From positions 4,673 through 68,672 of the forward strand of contig CBDHHF010000005.1 of assembly GCA_965263205.1 (NCBI GenBank): DNA of 64,000 nucleotides, read 5' to 3'. Positions 56,478 through 64,000 of this stretch are shown piece after piece. The DNA comes from Rhodothermales bacterium. Lineage in GTDB: Bacteria; Bacteroidota; Rhodothermia; Rhodothermales; JAHQVL01. Each line of letters starts with the position of its first letter. Positions within the stretch are counted from its first letter, which is position 1. A program made the position numbers and the translations under genes. Below the pieces are notes generated by a model that made no database searches, was not told the origin of the DNA, and was given only the letters and a program-made list of their open reading frames with translations.

Positions 56478-58178
56478 CTAGAAGCGCGATGCAGTCAGGG
56501 TGACATCAGCTTGCGCCCAGACATTGTCAAAGCGCTGCTGCACGTCGCTGGCGTCTTTGCCCTGTGCTTCAAGCGCCTGAATCAACCCAAACATTGCCCA
56601 GCCATTGCGCGGGTATTGCTCCAGGTCGGCTTCGTATACCTCCTCTGCGCCGGCTGCATCATTTACAGCAAGCAATGCTTTACCAAGCGTGTGCCGCGTT
56701 GGGTAATACCAGAATGGCGGTTCGGTGTAAGGCAGTTCATCCTGCGTTGCAACAGCCGTTCTGAAATGTGTAATGGCTGTGTCCATGTCGTCTTCAGCCA
56801 TCGCAATTTCGCCCTGCACCAATGCGTCAGCAATGGTCAGCAATGAGGTAGCCGGATAGTAAATGGTATCCAGATGTTTGACATCAGCTGCTTCGCGGAG
56901 CGGAGTGAGTTTGGCGTGCTCAGCACGAGCGTTGTCCAGTTCCCCTTTACGCGCATAAGCGGTGGCCCGAACGTAATGCCAGATGGCGGTTGAGAACTCA
57001 AAATGCTCCGGTGGCGCCGGCTCAGCCAGTACATCATCCCATTGCCCAAACTGCGTAAGGGCCAACAACGGGATGGTATGAAAGAACTCAACACCCGGAA
57101 ATTCTTCAATCATTTCAATTTGCACATTGGCCGCCACTTTACGCGCAGCCTCGATGGCAACAGCGCTCCGCCCTTCCATGCTCGACGCCGCCCACAAAAA
57201 ATGGATGTTGTGGGGGTAGTACGCCGCAGGATAGAAGCCTTGCGCGTTACAGGCTTCGATGTAGGCTTCGTCTACGGCAGCAGCCATTTCGTTTACCTTT
57301 GAGGCATCGGCGTAACGCCCTACACGCCAGTAAATATGGGATGGCATATGCACCAGGTGGCCGGCGCCGGGTACAAGATCTACCAACCGATCTGCCGGTG
57401 CTTCAGCGCGTTCCGGCGTAGATGAGGCTTCAACAGCGTGGATGTACAGATGGATTGCCAGCGGGTGATCCGGCGTGCGTTCCAATACCGTCTCTAGCGC
57501 ATCGATTACCTCAACCGTAAGCGGCTTCGGATTATCAGGGTCCACCCAGTAATCCCACGGCATCGTGTTCATCATCGACTCAGCAAACAAGGTTGCCGCT
57601 TCGTCATCATCCGGGTATTTTTCATACAGGGCACGCATCGCATCTACATACGCCAGATCCAGGGCCTCCCGCGGTGATTCAGGATCTCCGTTGTACCTCG
57701 TTGCTAATGCATCAATAAAGTCTCCTTCTTTTTCAGAAGCGTGCTCCTTCAACGCTACAGCCTTCTGTATAGCCGCATACGCTGCAGTACGCGACGCAGG
57801 GGTCATCACCACTTTACCATTGCTGGTTACATTGATGTTGGGCCCCAGCGCAAGGGCTTCGCCCCAGTAGCACATGGCACAGAGCGAGTCGAGGGTTTGC
57901 GCGGCTTTAAACGAACGGACGGACTCAGCGTGGTTAAACGCAAAATCGATAACAAGTCCCTGATCAAAATACCGCTGGGCATCCGGATCGTTTACCGTAA
58001 CGGTGCGATGGTATGTACCCATGCCATCAAAAAGTGGTGCGCCGGCACGCTGCGCCAATTCAGCGCGAGCCGCGTCTGATTCAGCGTTTGCCTGTTCGGG
58101 CGTTTTGTTGCCCGCACACGCCGTGAGCGTAATTGCTACCAGCAGGCAAAGGATGTTGGTTAACGTGTTCCAGTTCAT
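56478..58178 (-). CDS. TPR-like helical-repeat lipoprotein
   Basis: Lipobox LLVAITLTAC, followed by repeated helical pairs such as AIWHYVRATAYARKGELDNARAEHAKL. Confidence 0.7.
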   Translation of the reverse strand: MNWNTLTNILCLLVAITLTACAGNKTPEQANAESDAARAELAQRAGAPLFDGMGTYHRTVTVNDPDAQRYFDQGLVIDFAFNHAESVRSFKAAQTLDSLCAMCYWGEALALGPNINVTSNGKVVMTPASRTAAYAAIQKAVALKEHASEKEGDFIDALATRYNGDPESPREALDLAYVDAMRALYEKYPDDDEAATLFAESMMNTMPWDYWVDPDNPKPLTVEVIDALETVLERTPDHPLAIHLYIHAVEASSTPERAEAPADRLVDLVPGAGHLVHMPSHIYWRVGRYADASKVNEMAAAVDEAYIEACNAQGFYPAAYYPHNIHFLWAASSMEGRSAVAIEAARKVAANVQIEMIEEFPGVEFFHTIPLLALTQFGQWDDVLAEPAPPEHFEFSTAIWHYVRATAYARKGELDNARAEHAKLTPLREAADVKHLDTIYYPATSLLTIADALVQGEIAMAEDDMDTAITHFRTAVATQDELPYTEPPFWYYPTRHTLGKALLAVNDAAGAEEVYEADLEQYPRNGWAMFGLIQALEAQGKDASDVQQRFDNVWAQADVTLTASRF

Positions 58179-58643
58179 GATTCCATTTAACTAATTAAAC
58201 AGTGGGTGGCCCCCGATGTACATAGAGGGCGTTTAAGAAGCGCCAAGAGATGGGAAAAGCGTCTCACATGAGAGCCTTGAAATTATTTAGCACCCCAGGT
58301 TATGCAGACAATTAGCAGGGAAATCAATGTTTTTGAAGCATATAGGATATATCAAGGCGTTTTTTGCAGCGTGATGCAGCGCATTCCTGAATCCAGTTCA
58401 GGACAAGCTGTGTGAGGAAAAGAACGAAGATATATGCAATATGGGCAAAAACAGTCTTCTCAAGTTGATTGTCTACACGACCCAAAATACGTTTAGACTC
58501 CAGTGTCTGATTTAGAATAACTTTATTAAATCAGCAAATCAATAATACGAATACAGGATAAGGTTAAGATTCTTCGCTTCTATGTTAAGATTGCATTGGC
58601 TATTTTCAGCAAACGCCACCCATCAAACTGCCTGTACTGCACC

Positions 58644-59930
58644 ATGAAAAAGTCCCTCCTCTTCTGCATTACCTTGCTATTCACAGTGTTGAGCAGTCCT
58701 GCTTTTGCCTCGATATCTACGGATGGCGAATATGGAATTGTAATCGAGGGCTACGACTGGGGGCCGGCTGTGAGCAAAGTCATGCTATCGCTGGACAAAC
58801 CGGTCACAACAGTAAACTGGCGCAATTACGAGGTCCTGGTACAACGGTCGTCAGATTGCGAAAACATCCCTGCCAGTCAGCGGCTGGGTAGCCGGCGCGT
58901 GATCACCGGGTATGTATCAGATGCAGCCGGCAACCGGTTAACCGAAGGGAATCATGTCACGCTCGTGTTAGCCGTAGCGCCCAATCTACCCATCGGATCA
59001 CCCATGCAGTACTCACAGGCAAAAGGCTGCCCCGGCAATGCCTGGGTCGACTATAAAATGACCATCAGGGATGAAACGAGCGGATCAATCTGGGACAGGG
59101 AAGTTAATCGCATCATGCCCATTATTGATCGTTTTGATCTTTCGGGTGCGTTTTCAGATGATAGCGGTATTGCCCTTACCTACGCCGCATACAGCCCCGA
59201 AACCAACAACGAAAAATCTCCCCTCCTGATTTGGCTGCACGGCGGCGGCGAAGGCGGCACGGATCCGTCCATTCCCCTGGCAGCCAACCGCGCAGCAAAC
59301 TATGCATCCGACGAAATCCAGGCGATTATGGGCGGCGCTTTTGTGCTTGTCCCGCAAACCCCAACCCGCTGGATGGACAGCGGCCAGGGCACAACCTGGG
59401 GCGAGGTTGATGATATGTATTTCGAGGCGCTCCAAAACCTGATTGAAGCGTACATCGCCGAAAACCCGACCATAGATCGAGATCGGATTTATGTAGGCGG
59501 CTGCTCCAATGGCGGCTACATGACCATTAAATTGTTAATCGAGTATCCCGACTTCTATGCAGCTGCATTCCCAAGCGCCCTAGCCTTTTCGAGTGCATAC
59601 CTGACGGATGCACAGCTAGAGCGGATTAAAGACATCCCGATGTGGTTCATCCACTCAAAAGATGACACGGTTACCGATCCAGAGCAAACAGTGGTACCGG
59701 TTTACAAAAGATTGAAAGCCGCCGGCGCATCCGACGTGCACTTCTCCTACTACGACCACGTGGTAGACATCACCGGCTTTTTTGGTGGCGACGACTTCCA
59801 TTACAACGGCCACCTGAGCTGGATCTACGGCCATGCCAACGTCGCGCGGACGGATTATGATGGTAGCCTGGTAAAGGTAGACGGGAGGGCTGTGACGATC
59901 ATGGAGTGGCTGGCTGCGCAGTCGCGGTGA
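58644..59930 (+). CDS. Secreted alpha/beta-hydrolase (prolyl-oligopeptidase/esterase family)
   Basis: The start at 58644 gives a signal peptide (MKKSLLFCITLLFTVLSSPAFA). Motifs: LLIWLHGGGEGG, nucleophile elbow YVGGCSNGGYMT, and WFIHSKDDTV. Confidence 0.8.
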   Translation: MKKSLLFCITLLFTVLSSPAFASISTDGEYGIVIEGYDWGPAVSKVMLSLDKPVTTVNWRNYEVLVQRSSDCENIPASQRLGSRRVITGYVSDAAGNRLTEGNHVTLVLAVAPNLPIGSPMQYSQAKGCPGNAWVDYKMTIRDETSGSIWDREVNRIMPIIDRFDLSGAFSDDSGIALTYAAYSPETNNEKSPLLIWLHGGGEGGTDPSIPLAANRAANYASDEIQAIMGGAFVLVPQTPTRWMDSGQGTTWGEVDDMYFEALQNLIEAYIAENPTIDRDRIYVGGCSNGGYMTIKLLIEYPDFYAAAFPSALAFSSAYLTDAQLERIKDIPMWFIHSKDDTVTDPEQTVVPVYKRLKAAGASDVHFSYYDHVVDITGFFGGDDFHYNGHLSWIYGHANVARTDYDGSLVKVDGRAVTIMEWLAAQSR

Positions 59931-59985
59931 TTGATGAGTAGCTAAAGCTACAAAGCAGCCACCAGCGGCTTCCATGTTAGACCAG

Positions 59986-60031
59986 AGCCAACGACCGGAC
60001 TTGAACCGGTGACCTGCTCATTACGAGATAA
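59986..60031 (-). other. 3' fragment (~45 nt) of a tRNA-Thr(CGU) gene; not a complete tRNA
   Basis: The reverse complement reads CTCGTAA (anticodon loop, 60021-60027), tgagc, aggtc, ACCGG TTCAAGT CCGGT (T-arm), CGTTGGC and T. The expected 5' acceptor strand GCCAACG, the D-arm and the 5' half of the anticodon stem are all missing upstream. Confidence 0.6.
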
Positions 60032-60271
60032 TCGACAAACGAATATCGTTCAGAATGGGAAGGAGACCGCCAACATTTAGGTCAAAATTCAATTGTTGTT
60101 ATGGCCGCCACTCATAATACTAACCGATTGCTCGGTTTTGATCAAAATTATCCAGGCATTGATTGAAATTGTCACTTAATACAGAAAAATTGATATCACA
60201 CTTCTGTCTTTTTGATTGGATATTCCATATACCATGACTCAATAAGCAATCGATTGGGTTTAGCAGCATCG

Positions 60272-61453
60272 ATGAAAACACAAGTCGGCATTATTGGATC
60301 GGGACCAGCCGGCCTTTTGCTTGCACACACGCTGGCAAAAGAAGGGATTGAGTCAATTGTATTGGAGCGTCAAAGCCGCACACATGTAGAAGGCAGGATC
60401 AGGGCCGGTGTGCTAGAACAGGGCACTGTGGATATGCTCCGACAGATTGGTGTCAATGAGGAGATGGATCGCAAAGGGATTGCTCATGCAGGGTTTTCAC
60501 TTGCGTTCGATGGCCGGCAGGAACGCATAGACCTGTCAGAAAATGAAGATGGAAAGTCCGTGATGATCTACGGGCAGACGGAGATGACACGCAACCTCAT
60601 CAAGGCCCATTTGGATGCCGGCAACACCATTCTGTTTGAATCGCCGGCCCTTTACGTGCGCGATTTCGAATCTGGCAATCCCGTGATTGTTTATGAACAG
60701 CACGGCAAACAACACGAACTTCAATGTGATTTTGTAGCCGGCTGCGACGGCTTTCGCGGGATCTCTCGCCGCTGCGTTGATCGTGCCAAGATAAGTAGGC
60801 TCGAAAAAGTATATCCTTTCGGCTGGTTAGGCCTTCTGGCAGAAGTGCCTCCAGCAGACGAGGAGTTGATTTATGTGAATCACGCACGAGGATTTGCACT
60901 ATGTAGCATGCGTTCACACACGCGTAGTAGATACTATATCCAATGTAAACTCGATGATCGCGTAGAAAACTGGACCGACGATGCTTTCTGGGATGAACTG
61001 CGGCGTCGACTTCCAAAAGAAGCGGCAGAACGCGTCACAACAGGATCGAGATTGGAGATGAGCATTGCCATGCTTCGGAGCTTCGTTGCTGAACCTATGC
61101 GCTTTGGCAACCTGTTTCTAGCCGGCGATGCAGCGCATATCGTCCCACCTACAGGAGCAAAAGGTTTAAACCTCGCAGCATCTGATATCTACTATCTATC
61201 CCGCGCGCTCATTGCCTTTTACAAGGAAAAGCGCACAGATCTGATTGACCGATATTCTGAAACTTGCTTACGACGCGTATGGAAAGCCATCCGGTTTTCC
61301 TGGTGGTTTACTTCCATGCTGCACAAGTTCGATGAGGACCCTATCAATCACCGACTGCAACTGGCAGAACTCGACTACTTTACGGGTTCGCCGGCAGGGC
61401 GAGCAACCATTGCAGAGAATTATGTGGGACTGCCTTTTGAGCCATTTGATTAG
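60272..61453 (+). CDS. pobA: 4-hydroxybenzoate 3-monooxygenase
   Basis: The start at 60272 gives MKTQVGIIGSGPAGLLLAHTLAKEGIESIVLERQS (FAD GxGxxG motif). LFLAGDAAHIVPPTGAKGLNLAASD is also present. Confidence 0.9.
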   Translation: MKTQVGIIGSGPAGLLLAHTLAKEGIESIVLERQSRTHVEGRIRAGVLEQGTVDMLRQIGVNEEMDRKGIAHAGFSLAFDGRQERIDLSENEDGKSVMIYGQTEMTRNLIKAHLDAGNTILFESPALYVRDFESGNPVIVYEQHGKQHELQCDFVAGCDGFRGISRRCVDRAKISRLEKVYPFGWLGLLAEVPPADEELIYVNHARGFALCSMRSHTRSRYYIQCKLDDRVENWTDDAFWDELRRRLPKEAAERVTTGSRLEMSIAMLRSFVAEPMRFGNLFLAGDAAHIVPPTGAKGLNLAASDIYYLSRALIAFYKEKRTDLIDRYSETCLRRVWKAIRFSWWFTSMLHKFDEDPINHRLQLAELDYFTGSPAGRATIAENYVGLPFEPFD

Positions 61454-61458
61454 GGCGT

Positions 61459-62316
61459 ATGGACAATCAGGATGCATCTATGAGCGATAACGTATATCTA
61501 CAGATTAATGGCGTCACGTTGAACGGTACGGTAGATGGCGGAACAGTTAATGAAAAAAACTGCACCCCGATTATTTTCATCAACTCACTTGGCTCCGACC
61601 TCCGGATTTGGGATGCTGTAATTAGATCGCTCAACCAAAGCCCAATCGCGGCCTCACACCAACTTTTGCGCTACGATAAGCGCGGCCACGGCTTATCGGA
61701 TTGCCCATCTCCCCCCTACGCATTACGCGATCATACCGATGACCTTGCCGGCCTGATTAAGGCTCTTGGATTTGATGAAGTCATCCTTGCAGGCATTTCC
61801 ATTGGCGGCATGATTGCCATGGATTACACCACACGCCACCCGGAAAAAGTAAAGGCACTGGTGTTATGTGACACCGCCCCAAAGATTGGCTCCGCTGCGG
61901 GCTGGAATGTACGCATCCAAACCCTGCGGGCACACGGGATGCCTTACCTGGTGGATGCTATTTTGAGCCGCTGGTTTGCCCCAGATTTCAAGCAGCAGTT
62001 TCCCGCGGCATTCAACATATTTCGGAATATGCTGGTGAGAACACCACTCGCCGGCTACACGGGATCGTGTGAGGCAATTCGCGACGCCGACCTCACTGGC
62101 GTTGTTGCAGACATCCCCCAACCCACGCTGGTCCTCTGCGGCGAAGATGACCTGGCAACAACGCCAGCCGTATGCGAGGCGCTATCGGATGCCATGCAGC
62201 ACGCACGATTCGAAATCATTCCGGATGCCGGACACCTACCTTGCATCGAACAACCCGCGCGTTTTGCGTCTTTGCTATTAACCTTCCTACAAACGCTAAA
62301 TCAATCGTGCCCATGA
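61459..62316 (+). CDS. pcaD: 3-oxoadipate enol-lactonase (alpha/beta hydrolase)
   Basis: Contains FINSLGSDLRIWD, GISIGGMIAMDY, CGEDDLATTP and DAGHLPCIEQP. It lies between pobA and pcaC. Confidence 0.8.
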   Translation: MDNQDASMSDNVYLQINGVTLNGTVDGGTVNEKNCTPIIFINSLGSDLRIWDAVIRSLNQSPIAASHQLLRYDKRGHGLSDCPSPPYALRDHTDDLAGLIKALGFDEVILAGISIGGMIAMDYTTRHPEKVKALVLCDTAPKIGSAAGWNVRIQTLRAHGMPYLVDAILSRWFAPDFKQQFPAAFNIFRNMLVRTPLAGYTGSCEAIRDADLTGVVADIPQPTLVLCGEDDLATTPAVCEALSDAMQHARFEIIPDAGHLPCIEQPARFASLLLTFLQTLNQSCP

Positions 62317-62693
62317 GTGACTCGAAGTTCAACGACGGAATGAAAGTCCGCCGGCAGGTGCTGGGCAATGATCATGTCGATCGCGCCGAAGCCAACAAAA
62401 CAGACTTTGATGCTGCTTTTCAGCGGTTAATCACGGAGTTTGCGTGGGGAAGCGTGTGGACAGGCGAAACCATTGACCGCAAAACGCGCCACCTGATCAC
62501 AATTGCCCTGCTGGCTGCGCTTGGACAGGAAGAGGAATTGAAAATGCATATACGCGCTACAAAAAACACGGGAGTTACACCAGAAGAGATCAGGGAGGCA
62601 TTGTTGCAGGTTGCGGTTTATGCCGGCGTCCCGGCTGCAAATGCGGGGTTTCGGGCAGCGAAGGAGGAGTTTGGAGTGAGGAGTTTGGAGTGA
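62313..62693 (+). CDS. pcaC: 4-carboxymuconolactone decarboxylase
   Basis: The start at 62313 overlaps the pcaD stop as ATGA. Contains MKVRRQVLGNDHVDRA...FAWGSVWTGETIDRKTRHLITIALLAALG..EL..HIRA. The last ~9 codons and the stop fall inside the 14-nt tandem repeat. Confidence 0.9.
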   Translation: MSDSKFNDGMKVRRQVLGNDHVDRAEANKTDFDAAFQRLITEFAWGSVWTGETIDRKTRHLITIALLAALGQEEELKMHIRATKNTGVTPEEIREALLQVAVYAGVPAANAGFRAAKEEFGVRSLE

Positions 62694-62707
62694 GGAGTTT
62701 GGAGTAT
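62666..62707 (+). repeat. Three tandem 14-nt GGAG-initiated units (locus 2)
   Basis: The units are ggagtttggagtga, ggagtttggagtga and ggagtttggagtat. The repeat ends 26 nt before the pcaH ATG. Confidence 0.7.
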
Positions 62708-62732
62708 TGGGATTAATCTATAGAGAGATATT

Positions 62733-63443
62733 ATGAGTGACAATAAACCTGGGGAAGGCCGGCTGGACTGGGGCGTGCAACCGCCTTACCTTCATCCCCC
62801 TTATAAATCAACCGTGAAGCGCGCACCGGGACAGCCGCTGGTGCCGCTTGTGCATTCGCTTTCCGAATTAACCGGTCCCGTATACGGCGAGACTACAGTA
62901 AAGCCCATCGACAGTGATTTAACGCGCAACGCGGTGGTTAATGGAGAAGCGATTGGGGAGCGCATTATCGTAACCGGGCGGGTGCTCGACGGGCAGGGAC
63001 GCCCTGTTCGGAATGCGTTGCTCGAGGTGTGGCAGGCCAATGCTTGCGGTCGATACATCCACAAACTCGACCTCCACGACGCACCACTGGATCCCAACTT
63101 TACAGGCGCCGGCCGGGTGATGACCAACGAAATGGGTGAATACACCTTTACGTCCATCAGACCGGGCGCTTATCCGTGGAAGAATCATGCAAATGCGTGG
63201 CGGCCGGCACATATTCACTTCTCCGTATTTGGCAACAGCTTTTTGCAGCGTATGGTCACCCAGATGTATTTCCCAGGTGATCCGCTCCTTCCATTAGACC
63301 CGATTTACAACGGCGTGCCCACCGAAAAAGGCCGGCAACGCCTGATTGCAAGCTACGACCACAGCGTCACAAAGCCCCTCTGGGCACTCGGCTACAGATT
63401 CGACATTGTACTGGCCGGCGCATCTCAAACCCCTTTTGAATAG
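62733..63443 (+). CDS. pcaH: Protocatechuate 3,4-dioxygenase beta subunit
   Basis: Contains PPYLHPPYKSTVKRAP...GRVLDGQGRPVRNALLEVWQANACGRY...GAYPWKNHANAWRPAHIHFSVFG. Confidence 0.9.
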   Translation: MSDNKPGEGRLDWGVQPPYLHPPYKSTVKRAPGQPLVPLVHSLSELTGPVYGETTVKPIDSDLTRNAVVNGEAIGERIIVTGRVLDGQGRPVRNALLEVWQANACGRYIHKLDLHDAPLDPNFTGAGRVMTNEMGEYTFTSIRPGAYPWKNHANAWRPAHIHFSVFGNSFLQRMVTQMYFPGDPLLPLDPIYNGVPTEKGRQRLIASYDHSVTKPLWALGYRFDIVLAGASQTPFE

Positions 63444-63451
63444 GCATTCTT

Positions 63452-64000
63452 ATGACACCAGAGCATCACATACAGACCGGCAGCCAAACCGTCGGCCCCT
63501 TCTTCCACTATGCATTGATTGAAGCAGGGCAAAATATCCTGGTCAATGCGCAAACTGCCGGCTCCCGCATTACCCTCACAGGAATCGTTACCGATGGCGA
63601 TGGCGAGCCCGTTCCCGACGCGTTCCTTGAAATCTGGCAAGCCGACAGCCAGGGCGTCTACAACCATCCCTCCGACCCGAAGCGCAACGCCGCTGACCCC
63701 AATTTCAAAGGCTTTGGTCGAGCTGCCACCGACGCGGCCGGGCGCTATCACTTTGAAACCATCAAGCCAGGTGTAAATGAAGCTACGGGGCCGGCGCCCT
63801 ACATCAATGTCAGGGTGTTTGCACGGGGTATGCTGATTCATGCCGTCACGCGCATTTATTTTGATGATGAACCAGCCAATGCAGAAGATGCTGTGCTGTC
63901 ATCGCTGGATCCTGCACGGCGCAATACGCTGCTTGCAACCCTCGCGCAGACAGTAGGCCGGCCCCATTACCAACACAACATCAGACTCCAGGGTACAGAC
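63452..64000 (+). CDS. pcaG: Protocatechuate 3,4-dioxygenase alpha subunit; partial, runs off the window
   Basis: My translation from the ATG at 63452 gives MTPEHHIQTGSQTVGPFFHYALI...GIVTDGDGEPVPDAFLEIWQADSQGVY...YINVRVFARGMLIH. There is no stop before 64000, so the gene is absent from the ORF track. Confidence 0.9.
   Translation, partial: MTPEHHIQTGSQTVGPFFHYALIEAGQNILVNAQTAGSRITLTGIVTDGDGEPVPDAFLEIWQADSQGVYNHPSDPKRNAADPNFKGFGRAATDAAGRYHFETIKPGVNEATGPAPYINVRVFARGMLIHAVTRIYFDDEPANAEDAVLSSLDPARRNTLLATLAQTVGRPHYQHNIRLQGTD

Noticed and set aside
59986-60062. A complete tRNA gene on the minus strand.
   Set aside because: Only the part from the anticodon loop to the acceptor 3' strand fits. The 5' acceptor strand (GCCAACG expected), the D-arm and the 5' anticodon stem cannot be found upstream, so I report it as a fragment.
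1-64000. A search for CRISPR arrays, transposases, integrases, reverse transcriptases, toxin-antitoxin pairs and restriction-modification genes.
   Set aside because: No regularly spaced direct repeats were seen. None of the long ORFs shows motifs of these families. Short or degraded copies could have escaped inspection by eye.

Overview
This is a 64-kb chromosomal window with moderate-to-high GC content. I could support about 45 protein genes, one tRNA fragment, several repeat families and a set of hairpin terminators. Several proteins end in type IX secretion (T9SS) C-terminal sorting domains, which suggests a Bacteroidota-related lineage, possibly Rhodothermota or Balneolota (inference only).

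Gene content from left to right:
- A Ser/Thr phospho-signalling operon (FHA, FHA, PP2C, kinase).
- A 1603-aa FG-GAP/LRR/CHRD/cadherin-like T9SS surface protein, followed by a second kinase with PEGA domains.
- DUF1223, a GvpU-like ORF, a histidine kinase with two degenerate receiver domains, and an NRAMP transporter.
- A solitary HerA/FtsK-like ATPase, a delta-9-type desaturase and a TPR protein.
- A 5.6-kb segment (DUF4331 T9SS protein, STAND NTPase with HTH, Crp/Fnr regulator) bracketed by a pair of ~190-nt inverted repeats.
- A REP/BIME-like palindrome cluster, then a frameshifted gene fusing a cNMP-binding domain to an AlbA_2 domain.
- An Mla/MCE lipid-transport operon whose MlaD gene is also frameshifted.
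- Assorted secreted hydrolases and lipoproteins, and a periplasmic redox cluster (DLH, DsbD, redoxin, DoxX, intradiol dioxygenase).
- A TonB-dependent receptor, DUF1593, an orphan T9SS sorting-domain remnant, and a 3' fragment of tRNA-Thr.
- A pobA-pcaDCHG protocatechuate cluster running off the right edge.

I saw no CRISPR array, transposase, integrase or reverse transcriptase. The most unusual items are non-coding: the inverted repeat pair, the modular REP-like units, a 14-nt x3 GGAG repeat at two loci, a perfect CRP-type box, and strong GCCGGC enrichment.

All domain calls come from by-eye motif recognition. All hairpin and repeat coordinates were derived by hand.
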